The notes under the pieces: model-generated
What the model was told of the DNA's origin: nothing
The model's input: the letters and a program-made list of their open reading frames with translations, nothing else
Databases searched by the model: none
Position numbers and translations under genes: made by a program
Assembly (NCBI GenBank): GCA_946965045.2
Contig: OX337236.1
Coordinates: 2,790,001-2,854,000, forward strand
DNA length: 64,000 bases
Source of the DNA: Epithemia pelagica
Taxonomy: Eukaryota > Protista > Bacillariophyta
Reading direction: 5' to 3'
Part shown: in pieces, positions 39,307 to 49,562 of the stretch
How the letters are laid out: each line of letters begins with the position of its first letter
Numbering within the stretch: position 1 is the stretch's first letter

Positions 39307-41409
39307 ATGAAGAACCGAACCATGGAACCGAACCGTCGTCGGACCACCACAAGCACCACATCAAGGCCCCAAAGAAGTCGATGTCGAAGGACGACCATCC
39401 AGTCCCTGTTCTGGTTTGGATGGTTGGGACTGGGTCTGACACTGGTGCTCGTCTTTGGGTGGATTGTCGTTCCGTGGTATCATTCCTACTTGACATGGGT
39501 GGATGTGGAAGACGTCTTGGTCACACATCGTCATCACCTCAAACACAACAAAAAAGAACTAGAAGAAAAAGAAGAAGAAGAAAAAGAAAACGACGCTGAA
39601 GTCAGGACGGTCTCCTCGTCGTCCCTGAATCCGACGCCTTCCCGTCGTCGTCACCACAACAAGGACGACGACAAGGACCGGCAATCACCACCACCACCAA
39701 AACCAGACGACAACGAGCAACCAGACGACCATGACACGCTGCCACTCCCCGCAGCCGCCTGGGAGGCATCCGTACTACCATCCGCCATGGCCAATACCAC
39801 GACGAGTACAACCAATAATACAAAGGAGTCGCTGTCGTCGGATGCTTCTTCCAGTGTCGAACGGGAACAGCCACCAACGGACCAAAAGGAGGAGGAGGAA
39901 GAAGAAGAAGAACTCGTGTTGCGTCGTCGTCATCGACAAGCCTGGTTAAATCTACCAGTGGCACCACACCACGACGAACACAACACTTCTACTACCGACA
40001 AGAACCACACCTACACCAACCATCAATTGTTGTTGGAATTGATTCACATTCCCAAAACGGGCGGCACGGCCTTGGAATGGGCCGCCGCCATGCAAAATGT
40101 ATCGTGGGGCAAGTGTCATTACAAGCGTCATTTTCGCACCGAATATTTACCACAGTATGGCGACACGACGGTTGTGGAACGCCCCAAGTGTTCCACCGCA
40201 CGGCCCTTGAATTATTGGCAAAAACAAGCCGATGTCGTTCATGCCCGTCATCAATCGCACCACCAATGCATGCCCTGGCATGTCCCCACGTGTGTGTGGA
40301 GTCAAACGGCCGTGCTGACAACCACCACCACAACCACCACAACCCGAACCAATCTCAGCACGTTCCTCCCCGAACCCGAAACCAACCAGACACTGGACGT
40401 GTCGTCTTCGGCGACTCGTCGTCTCTTGACCACCAGCTTGGACTATGCCACTCGTACCAATCCCTTCCTCACAAGTGGTACGCAACATGCACCACATGCA
40501 CCACATGCACAACATGCACAACCATCAGCCGTATTGCCATTGACGCCCTTTTCCAGTCACAAACTCAATGCGCACAATTCCCACAAGGGTCCCCCACCGA
40601 CCGTCCTCTTTGCCGTCGTTCGACATCCCTACGACCGCGTCGTGAGTGAATACAAGTACGTGCATCGACACAATACAACAACCAGCACGACAACAACAAC
40701 GACAAAGAATGACCCACTCGCACTGCCAGAACAAGAACAAGAACGACAACGACAACAACAAAAGGACGACCTGAATGAATGGATTGCCCAACAATTGGCC
40801 AATACGACCACCACAACCGTGAATACAACGACAACCACCACCACAACCACAAGAACGATCCATGACACGACGAATGGGACCACTCCAACAACAGCGACAG
40901 CGACAACCACGACGACCACGACGACGACCACCACCTCCTTGTGCGATTCCAGTGCCCTGACCGCGGACTATTTTCGGGAGGGATGTCATTGGATTCCGCA
41001 AACACACTATATTTTTCCACTCGCCATGGTCACCACCACCAATACAACCACCACAACTAATACAAGGACAAATCCTGGCACCACGATTACTACTACTACC
41101 ACTATTACCAACACAACCCGCGCCATTCCCTTGGTCCACGCTCCCCGCATGGTTCATCACATTCTCTTGTTTGAACACTTGGCCCAGGATTTGCCCCCCT
41201 TGCTCCAATGGTACAAGGCGTCGTACCAAGCCATTCAATTGCCTCCCAAACCCAATGCCACAACTACTAGTACACCATGGTCGTCGTCGTCCTCCTCCAA
41301 TCCACGTCCCGCCGGCCACGTGGCTCGATCTTGGTTGACCCCGGAAAATCGGCAACGGATCGAAGACTTGTATCATTGGGATTTTGTCGTGTTTGGATAC
41401 GAACCATGA
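39307..41409 (+). CDS. Golgi-type carbohydrate sulfotransferase (Sulfotransfer_2-like), 700 aa
   Basis: N-terminal TM. 5'-PSB motif LIHIPKTGGT, 3'-PB motif FAVVRHPYDRVVSEY, HWIPQ, and C-terminal LY..DFVVFGY. Confidence 0.92.
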   Translation: MKNRTMEPNRRRTTTSTTSRPQRSRCRRTTIQSLFWFGWLGLGLTLVLVFGWIVVPWYHSYLTWVDVEDVLVTHRHHLKHNKKELEEKEEEEKENDAEVRTVSSSSLNPTPSRRRHHNKDDDKDRQSPPPPKPDDNEQPDDHDTLPLPAAAWEASVLPSAMANTTTSTTNNTKESLSSDASSSVEREQPPTDQKEEEEEEEELVLRRRHRQAWLNLPVAPHHDEHNTSTTDKNHTYTNHQLLLELIHIPKTGGTALEWAAAMQNVSWGKCHYKRHFRTEYLPQYGDTTVVERPKCSTARPLNYWQKQADVVHARHQSHHQCMPWHVPTCVWSQTAVLTTTTTTTTTRTNLSTFLPEPETNQTLDVSSSATRRLLTTSLDYATRTNPFLTSGTQHAPHAPHAQHAQPSAVLPLTPFSSHKLNAHNSHKGPPPTVLFAVVRHPYDRVVSEYKYVHRHNTTTSTTTTTTKNDPLALPEQEQERQRQQQKDDLNEWIAQQLANTTTTTVNTTTTTTTTTRTIHDTTNGTTPTTATATTTTTTTTTTTSLCDSSALTADYFREGCHWIPQTHYIFPLAMVTTTNTTTTTNTRTNPGTTITTTTTITNTTRAIPLVHAPRMVHHILLFEHLAQDLPPLLQWYKASYQAIQLPPKPNATTTSTPWSSSSSSNPRPAGHVARSWLTPENRQRIEDLYHWDFVVFGYEP

Positions 41410-41675
41410 GAGAGAGAAACGGACACACATTCTACTAGAGGTATAGACAAAGTACGAGCCATTGCAATCGTCTTTTAGCTTGTTTTCTTGTTTCTTGCTC
41501 TCTCTTGTTTACTCTGGAACCAAAACATTGGAACCCTTCCATAGTTGTCGAGAAACACACACACGTATAGTATTTCTCACCTCTCTCTTTTTTTCTCTCT
41601 AGGTATTCGTATACTTTACTCTATTCTAGCGTACGTGGGTGAGTGGGTCCGTCCTTATTACTGTGGATGGTCGAG

Positions 41676-43158
41676 TCACACGGTTGTGTTCTCCACACCA
41701 ACCACAACTCCATCGATAATGTCACGAGCATTGCGACCCTGAGGTGTCAACCACACCTCCAAGGGACTTGGCTGATTGCGATTGCTGTTGCTGTGATTGT
41801 GGTCGTGGTGATTCTTTGTGGAACGTCGAGTACTGGAGGGTGATGGCAGCTGCTCTTCTTCTTCTTCTTCTTGCGAGTGTTGTTGTGCTTCTTGTTGTAC
41901 CAATCGTTCCAAGGTGTCACAAAAGACGGCCCGAGGCCAGGGGTGTCGGGCTCCCAAGTCTTGTTTGTAATCCATATCCATGCCCAAATCCCACACGGGA
42001 TATCCCGACTGTTGCAAGGCACGTCCCAAGGCGAGCAATTGAACCGATCCCGCCGAGGATTCCTTGGAAAAGCCCGTCATGCTTGTAAAACAAGCGCGGT
42101 CGCCGACGGAATAGGCCACTTCGCCCGCCACCAAACGACGACGACGAGTCGAGTTGGTAGTGTCGTCATTGTCGTCTTTCATGGAATCCGTATCCGTAGG
42201 GGTGGCCCACAATTCAATGGAAAAGACACGAACGGGGACCTGAATGGTCCTTGTCGTGGTCGTCGAGTCTGGGTGTTTGGTGGGCATGGCCAGTGTGGCT
42301 ATGGCGGTTGCAGCTGCTGATTGTCCTTGTTGTGCTTGTGACTGATGCAATTGTTCCAAGGCTTGCATCAAGGGTGGATGCAACCAGGAATGACGGGCAT
42401 GTTGATCTTGACAGGCTTGAACGACTTGGGTCCAGGCTTGATTGACGGTCAAGGTATACCGTCGCGCCTTTTTGCGCACCGACTGGCGAATGTGCAAGGA
42501 ATTGGCCTGCCAAAAATAAGACAAGGCATGCTCCATCGAATCCAATGGTTCTGGTGGTGGTGATTGTGGTCCATGAGAGGATTGGGTGGGGTGGTCCAAG
42601 GGGCGTCTTGTCGTCGTCGTGGTTGTTGTCCCAGTTTGGTCCAGCGGAGACAGAGCAATACAGGACCGTTCGCGATGCAATTTGGGCATTAAAATGGGAA
42701 CCACCACCGATTCTTCTTCTTCTTCCTCTTCTTCGTCGTCGTCGTCGGAACGTACCGCTCGCGATTGGCGTCGTCGTCGTCCTCCTTGTCGTGATTCGGC
42801 CGCCGTTGCCACTCGAACGGTCGTGGCCATGGGCAAAAAGCCATGGGCCATGAGTTGGACCATGAGTTGCACATCAAAGTAGCGACTGTAACAAAATTCT
42901 CCCGTGTGGGCATGATCAAAGGGATGCACATAGGGACGCAAATACGGTGGAATCCAGTCCATCAAGGGACGGGGTGGTGGCAGGCGTGGAGGAGGACGAC
43001 GCAGTGCCGTTGTGGTGGTGGTGGATGTTGGGACTGAGGGGGGTGGGTGGTTGGTACACGACGACGAACCAGTGTTGGTGTCGTTGGACCGTTTCTTCAT
43101 GTGTCGCTTTTCCTGTTTGGTCAACTTTTTCTTCTTCTTTTTCTGTTGCGTCATGGTT

Positions 43159-43204
<46 letters not shown>

Positions 43205-43490
43205 GGCTGTTTGCACCTGGATCCGATTCCGTGGTACAGGTCGTTGTCGTTGTCGTTGTCATGGATGGTTCCGTGGAGGAGGAACAAGAACCAAAGGACG
43301 CTGTTGTTGTTGTTGTTGTGGTCGATGAGGATGATGGTTGTGGATTGGGAGCCATGGTGGTAGTATGGTAGTATTCGTTTTCTCTCTCGTCCTTGTTGTC
43401 ACCCAATCGGTAGTATCGCCCCAACGGTTTCCTGTGCGGCTGCCTTTTTTGTTTCTCGCTCTCTTGTGTGTTAGACACACACACAGACAC
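41676..43490 (-). CDS. aat: Leucyl/phenylalanyl-tRNA--protein transferase (Aat-like); start may be Met at 43355
   Basis: GFLPMA, MPKLHRER, RQSVRKKARRYTLTVNQAW..VV..C, SIELW...LVAGEVAYSVG..FTSMTGF, AGSVQL..L...L...GY..WDLG. Confidence 0.85.
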
Positions 43491-44050
43491 ACACGTTTCG
43501 TCGCTCGCCGTGTCTCTCTCGTATTATGCGAATAGTCGCCCTCTCGCGCCGCCAAGAGAGCGAATGGTGGTGTTGCTGGCTACGTACGTACGTTGACGAC
43601 GAGGGATGATTCTTCTCTTGGACGACAAATACTGCTCGAGTGAGTGTTTGTTTGTGTGTTACTATCTGTGAATGATGGTGGGTGTATTCGACTGGAGTGT
43701 GTTTTGTTGTTGCTCTGATTCCCCTCTCTCTGTGTTCCTTGTTGGTTCCTCCTCTTTTCTTCATCGTCGTCATCGTGTCGCGCGTGGACCACGACTGCAG
43801 TCGCGCACACGTCCAGTAGGAGCTACCCAAGCTATGCATAGAATGGGGATCTACTAAACCAAAGTATCCAACCACACGTTGGCCGAACCAACGGAGAAAC
43901 AAAACCAGTTGCAAACAGCAAACAGCAAACCCACCACACATGAGACACACGTTTGGGGGAGACTTTTGCCAGTCGTGCTTCCATCAGCAGCAGCAGTCTC
44001 GATTCTCGATCCCCATAAAAATCTGTGCAGTCAACGTTTGCAACCAGGCC

Positions 44051-45211
44051 ATGACACTTCAAGAACAAGCGGGGCAGTCGGGTCTTGTCCTTTGCGACGA
44101 GAGAGAAGAATGGTATGAAACCGATTGGCCTCCTCTTGCGTTTAAATGGCCTACGCTTCATGCTTTGGTTGTACTCGAACATGCCCATCCGAACGACGAG
44201 AACCACCACAAGAAGGGACAAACAGTCGTCGTCCTGATGGGAGGAGAACGAGGTTGTCAAGATGCCAGCAATTCCGTTCTTGTCTTGAATTTAGCAGACC
44301 CAAACAAGCAGTGGCGAGAAGGTCCGACCATGAATAAGGGTCGTGAAGAACATGCCGCTGTTGTGTGCAACGGAGCCGTCTACGTGATGGGAGGAAGCAA
44401 TGGAGCAGATTTGGATTGTATGGAAAGAATTGATGCCAATGATTTGCTGCAATCATTTTCTACAACAAGCCGCACACATGAAAGCAACTGGACGACATTA
44501 AATTGTCGGTTATCAACGAGAAGAAGTGCCTGTTGTGCTGTTTCGGTGCACAACCGATATATTGTTGTGATGGGTGGCTGTGACGGGTGGAAAGACTTGT
44601 CGTTGGTCGATATTATTGATACCCGCACCCATACTGTCATTGCAGGACCATCCATGAACGTTCCTCGATCATATTGTGGCAGTGCGATCATTGGTCACCG
44701 CATCTTTGTCATTGGAGGCCAAAACGAAATTGGAGGCGAAGACGAACTTGATTCGGTGGAGTATTTAGACTTTGAAGAGGAGACAAAAGACGGCAGTTTG
44801 TCTGCAGTCGTTTCCTTCTCGTCCACTTGGACCGTTCATTCTGATTTGTTTCTTTCCGACACACGGACTTTTTGTAGAGCAGTTGCCGTGGGATCCTGCC
44901 TGGTTGTGGCGGGAGGAGAAGACAATCCAACCGTGGAAGTCTTGGATACGCACCGCAACCGCGTGTGGAATCTCCCACCAGTCGGAGAAGCCCATGTTGA
45001 CTGCAATATGGTGACTGTTGCCAATGAAGTTGCCGTGATTGGTGGACGGCACAATCCTTCCTGTGCGACATTACCACTAATGGACAAGAATACATGGTGC
45101 TTTCGTCGACTCTGTGAGCAGCCTCGAAACGAATGGTATCATTGTTTGGAAGGAATGGGTATCCGAGATGTCAATTTAACATCCTGCGCCAATCAAATCG
45201 TAATCGACTGA
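44051..45211 (+). CDS. Kelch-repeat-only protein, copy A (ORF opens at 43940; likely start 44051)
   Basis: Kelch motifs VVVLMGG, WREGPTMN..R..HAAVV..G.VYVMGG, R..C.AV....IVVMGG, GPSM..PR....SA.IG..IFV.GG. Confidence 0.9.
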   Translation: MTLQEQAGQSGLVLCDEREEWYETDWPPLAFKWPTLHALVVLEHAHPNDENHHKKGQTVVVLMGGERGCQDASNSVLVLNLADPNKQWREGPTMNKGREEHAAVVCNGAVYVMGGSNGADLDCMERIDANDLLQSFSTTSRTHESNWTTLNCRLSTRRSACCAVSVHNRYIVVMGGCDGWKDLSLVDIIDTRTHTVIAGPSMNVPRSYCGSAIIGHRIFVIGGQNEIGGEDELDSVEYLDFEEETKDGSLSAVVSFSSTWTVHSDLFLSDTRTFCRAVAVGSCLVVAGGEDNPTVEVLDTHRNRVWNLPPVGEAHVDCNMVTVANEVAVIGGRHNPSCATLPLMDKNTWCFRRLCEQPRNEWYHCLEGMGIRDVNLTSCANQIVID

Positions 45212-45745
45212 GGACCAACATGAAACGTGCCACAGCCGTCACATCAAAAACAGAGTAAGCAATATCATGGAATTGTCATGTTTATGTCACGAGATTTTAA
45301 GCTCTGATAGAGATCACGCCACTCCTAAGTTACGTTGTTAATCCTATTAGAAAATGAACAGCTCCAACTCACTGTAGGAGTGGCTTGCTCTGTTGAAAAG
45401 ACATACAGTAGACAGGGATCAACGAGCAACTTGTAGCATGTTTTGAACGTATCCACCTTCTATAGCATATACGACTGCACATGAATTTCCTCCTGATGCC
45501 ATGAGGTTTGTGATACCAGATTCCTCCTTGTCGCCATGGTGATCGGTATGATGCACGCGTCCGCCATGGTCAGCTATAAGCATTTGGAGATCTTGGTATT
45601 CTAGAGTAGGAGGCTTTTCATGCATTTTCTTTATCACCTCCATTCCTTCTGTCCGATGTTCCACCTAGTACAAAGGCAAAGTTCACGGTGCATCCTATCC
45701 AGCCCTTTGAGCCTCTTGTCCTGCCACTTGTCCCTTCTCTCCAAG

Positions 45746-45766
45746 AGTTGGAAGTGACTTCCAACT
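45746..45766. other. 21-bp palindrome AGTTGGAAGT-G-ACTTCCAACT (second copy at 51563-51583)
   Basis: Perfect 10-bp arms with a 1-nt spacer. Confidence 0.9.
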
Positions 45767-46092
45767 GGGTCCAGCTACCAGAGCATGATCTTGGCTAGGG
45801 CTTACAAACCTTTTCTACTCGTAGTACGTTGCCAAGAACAACCCAAAAGTGGGGAGAAGAAGAACCCGTTTTCCCAGAATGTCCGCTAGTGTGGTAGAAC
45901 TACAAAGAGAACCGTCCGGTTCGGTCCAACGCCGGTATACGTTTTCGCCCGTAATGGGCACACCCAGAAAGAAGGCACTAGGTAGGCGGCAAGAGAGAAT
46001 CGCCACCCCCACCCAGGCTGCCTCCCTCCCAATGCGCCAGGAATTCGACAAACTCAGCGACACGAGTTTTGCTGCTCTTGTGAGTGTTTTCC

Positions 46093-47679
46093 TCACCTCC
46101 CTTTCTCTGCGAATTCCAAGATAATAGCTTTGGCAAGGGCATGCATGTAGGCAGGTACTGGGAAGGACTGGTTGTCGTTGCTATGTGGTACTTGAAGTTC
46201 CTTTCGTTTCTTGTCCACAAAGCGCTTGAGTCTCTGGTATCGTCCATGATAAACGTCCACAAGTCGCTTGGGGAAGAGTTCCAAGTGTTCAATGGATTCA
46301 ATAAAGCCATTGGCCAAAAATGAGGAACGCGGATAGACGGGTAGGCCACCATCTCTGGAAGCAACCCATGTTTGATTGTGTACATACATGGGCACGGCCA
46401 AATTGGACCAATCCCAAAGCTCCGCCAAGAAGATGGTATGGTACGGCGGTCCCAACAGGACGGGGACACACCCATGCACCAAGGCTTCGACAAGTCGCAA
46501 GGAAGCCGAGGTGTCGCCTGGTGGTATCAAACAAAAGATGGAATCCTTCAAGCGACGCACATAACCCTCATGTCCTTCCTGCCGCGCCCCGTCGTGATTG
46601 GAAGACTCGCATTGGGCGTCGATGGAGCCAGGGAATTGGCTGGTGTTCAAGTTGGGTGAGGTGAGAATCTGCACAATGTCGTGTCGCATGCGTTTCCCAT
46701 ACTCGCCATTGGGATCACAGCCCGCCCGCATCATGATAAAGGTGGACCGCGCCGGCTCTGGATGGATGCCATTGTCTTGTTGGCCATTTGACATGGGCTC
46801 GGCCATGGTGACCTCTCGAACGAGCGAGTATGGGATGATATGAATGTTTGCTGTTTCCAGTAATTCACGATAAAGCATACCCTCTTCTGTAATGAGAAAG
46901 GTAGCCTTTCTGAGATATTTCTGCCATCCCTGGAGGAAAAAGCCTCGTGGAAAGGAAGCCGTCCAAATCAAATTTTCTCCATCCGGTGCCATCCAAGTCT
47001 CGTGATATTTCTCGAAAAATCCATTCAGTGCTTCTCCCAATTTGAACAATCCCTTTTCCATGGATTTTCCAGTGATGCGAATATTGGGGTCAGGGTGTGT
47101 GGTGGCGTCCAAGGTCCAATGCTCCGAATTTCCCCAAAAGAGCATGACCATGTCGTCCTTGGAAATGTCATTCTTGAGCATTTTTTCATTCGTCACAATC
47201 TCAAAGCCAAATGACTCGTGTAATGTAGCAGCCAGTAACACTTGTGACAAGTGTTGTTGTTGTACGCCAGCATTGGGACTGGGATAAATTGCCTTGAGTG
47301 TATTGTACACGTGTTCAAAATCCATGTGGTGTTGATTGAGAAAGGCAGTCTCCATGACGGGAGGACGCCCCGATTCCGGTAGGGTTTGGAGGAAATAATC
47401 CACGTCAATGATAAATCCCCGAACGTTCCGTCTCGAGTCGTGGTGGTTGGGAGCAAAAGGAATGTTCCGGATATCGTGGTTGGCCTGGTAGAATCGTCCG
47501 GAGCTCATTTCCCAACGGAACAAGCACCACTGATTCAAGAGGAACAAAAAAATGACCACAAGCCATACGCCACCAATAATGGAAAGCTTATTGGCACGAG
47601 GATGATATGGCCTACTTCTCGCAAGGACAGCAAGTGACCGGGGATTACTTGTCGTCGTTCCTCCTGTCATTTTGGCCAA
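46093..47679 (-). CDS. Exostosin family (GT47) glycosyltransferase, 528 aa
   Basis: N-terminal TM (IIGGVWLVVIFLFLL) and the motif DSIFCLIPPGDTSASLRLVEALVHGCVPVLL. Confidence 0.9.
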   Translation of the reverse strand: MAKMTGGTTTSNPRSLAVLARSRPYHPRANKLSIIGGVWLVVIFLFLLNQWCLFRWEMSSGRFYQANHDIRNIPFAPNHHDSRRNVRGFIIDVDYFLQTLPESGRPPVMETAFLNQHHMDFEHVYNTLKAIYPSPNAGVQQQHLSQVLLAATLHESFGFEIVTNEKMLKNDISKDDMVMLFWGNSEHWTLDATTHPDPNIRITGKSMEKGLFKLGEALNGFFEKYHETWMAPDGENLIWTASFPRGFFLQGWQKYLRKATFLITEEGMLYRELLETANIHIIPYSLVREVTMAEPMSNGQQDNGIHPEPARSTFIMMRAGCDPNGEYGKRMRHDIVQILTSPNLNTSQFPGSIDAQCESSNHDGARQEGHEGYVRRLKDSIFCLIPPGDTSASLRLVEALVHGCVPVLLGPPYHTIFLAELWDWSNLAVPMYVHNQTWVASRDGGLPVYPRSSFLANGFIESIEHLELFPKRLVDVYHGRYQRLKRFVDKKRKELQVPHSNDNQSFPVPAYMHALAKAIILEFAEKGR

Positions 47680-48246
47680 GGATAGTTTGGTAAAGATTCT
47701 TCACTACTGTTGTGTGGACAACCAATGCCGAACTAGCACAAGCCACGCTTCAATCTCGATCTCTCCTTTCCCGATTCTAGGAACAACCTTCGAGACAAGA
47801 TTTGAAAGCTGGATGATCCTGAAAACGTCGTCGCAGATATGATAGATGGGTAAATGCGGTCTTCCAACTTTCAACACACCTCTCTCAAGAGTCAAGAGTG
47901 TATCTCGCAGTTTCGATTCCTCAAGTATAGGCCCTCTGTATGTTTACTACTCCTAGTAGCTCTAGCTAGGTAGAGAGGAGTACCAGATAAACAATCCTCG
48001 ATAGCGTTTTGCGCTTTGTGTAGTCGGACTAACGACTTCCCAGTGTCCTCATCATATATTTTATCTACTGAAGTGTTCAGTGTGAATGCTTCCGAACGCT
48101 AGAATTCCTTCAAACACATCACACACATCCTCACCGTTTTCAAGAGATGTGTGTTGCCAAGCTGCATCCAGGTGCCTTTCTTACTTAGGGTGCCACCAAT
48201 AATAATGGGGCAACATCTCATGAACACGGTTGGCATCATCCTCCAA

Positions 48247-48247
<1 letters not shown>

Positions 48248-48316
<69 letters not shown>
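48248..48316. repeat. (AC)n microsatellite, about 34 units
   Basis: Read directly from the sequence. Confidence 0.98.
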
Positions 48317-48319
<3 letters not shown>

Positions 48320-48899
48320 ATCCGACTCAACCCTACGCGACACACAGTCTCGGATGGAACGCACATTCCACCGCAACTGAACTAATTGCAGTGCTGCTCT
48401 AGGTAGCTGCACTACCATTGCACCCATCAGCTGCCCAGGTTCGACATGCACCCCTACAGAAACTTCCTAGATTTATGTTTCTTGTTGTAAAAAGCCATGT
48501 TAAAAGCAACACGTTGCAACCCCATCTCTTTCTCTCTTGGAGCGTTGGACTCTTTTCTCAATTCCTTTTCCACAACCACATGAGTCGCACAATGAATAAT
48601 GGTAGCTTTCCCAGTATATTCCGTGGGCAATATCTTTCTTCTTTCCTTCCTTCCTCCTGAGGACCTCTATCTTGTCCATGGTCTTGTTCGTTTCTCTTCC
48701 CTTTGTTCTTCCGTCGTTCGTGTGGTGCGACCATCCGATTGTGTCCAAACTACCCCATGGGTTGCTGTGACCACTGCTGTACCGCCATCCTCTACTCCTG
48801 GTAGGTATTTGACCTCCTCCGGAATCGGTTACTCTTCATCCTGTCTCACGTGGCTGTGGTGACACGAATGCCCTCCGTGTACTCTTTTTCTCTATACAT

Positions 48900-49562
48900 C
48901 TATCGTATCTCACTTTGGACCGCGCATCGTTGGCAAGCATGGTCATTCCTTCTTGTCGTCGCCGTCGTGGGACAGGACCAAATCCCAACGAGCGAATTGT
49001 TGGATTCGGGACAGTTGTATCGTTGAGCGACATAGAGATTGTAGGCATGTCCCAATCGTTGCTTGGCATAAAAGTCCATGTCTACATGTCGTTGAATCGC
49101 AGGAAAGGTCAAATTGGACCCGGCCGTGACCAACGCACGATGCGTGTCATTGAACCAACTCAATTGACGACTTTCCGCACTGGGGAATTCCAAATGGTAG
49201 CCCACCATATTGTAATCGACGGCCAAGGTGGCCGCTTGGTGGGCACAATAGTGAGCAAAACAAAAATCCAAGCCCCATCCACACACCCCTCGGGCATGCA
49301 AAAAGGAATAAAAGCACTGCCAACTGGCTTGTGTAAAGACTTGACAAAAGGTTTCAATACTGGACGGACGGACTAAACAGTGCCGTGTGGATCGACCTCC
49401 ATACTCGGCATGATTACTCATTTCTCCATTAATCACATGCCACGTACAGCCCACAATACTTGGGGAAATGGCGGACAAATTGTACTTTTCCATCGACTCC
49501 AACAATTTGGGAATGCGGACTGGATGGGGTCCAGCCGTTGGCAAGAAAATATCATCCAACAA
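48900..49562 (-). pseudogene. 5'-truncated DUF707-like putative glycosyltransferase
   Basis: LLDDIF..., NLSAISPS, IETFCQVFT..SWQCF..FL....CGWGLDFCF..YC resemble DUF707-like proteins. The frame begins exactly at the duplication-B junction, with no ATG or TM. Confidence 0.6.

Larger units (their letters stand above)
43743..45938 (+). repeat. Copy A of a 2.2-kb segmental duplication
   Basis: Shared with 49563-51755 from TGGTTCCTCC to CCAACGCCGGTAT. Confidence 0.95.

Noticed and set aside
45419-45664. Minus-strand ORF with AIEGGY, reminiscent of the HDAC LEGGY motif (also at 51236-51481)
   Set aside because: Only a 5-residue match, with no other HDAC motifs up- or downstream.
48099-48451. ORFs with poly-CV or poly-HT
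   Set aside because: They are translations of the (AC)n microsatellite.
48425-48455. GGTTCGA tRNA T-loop-like motif
   Set aside because: There is no T-stem or cloverleaf around it. No tRNA or rRNA genes were found in the window.
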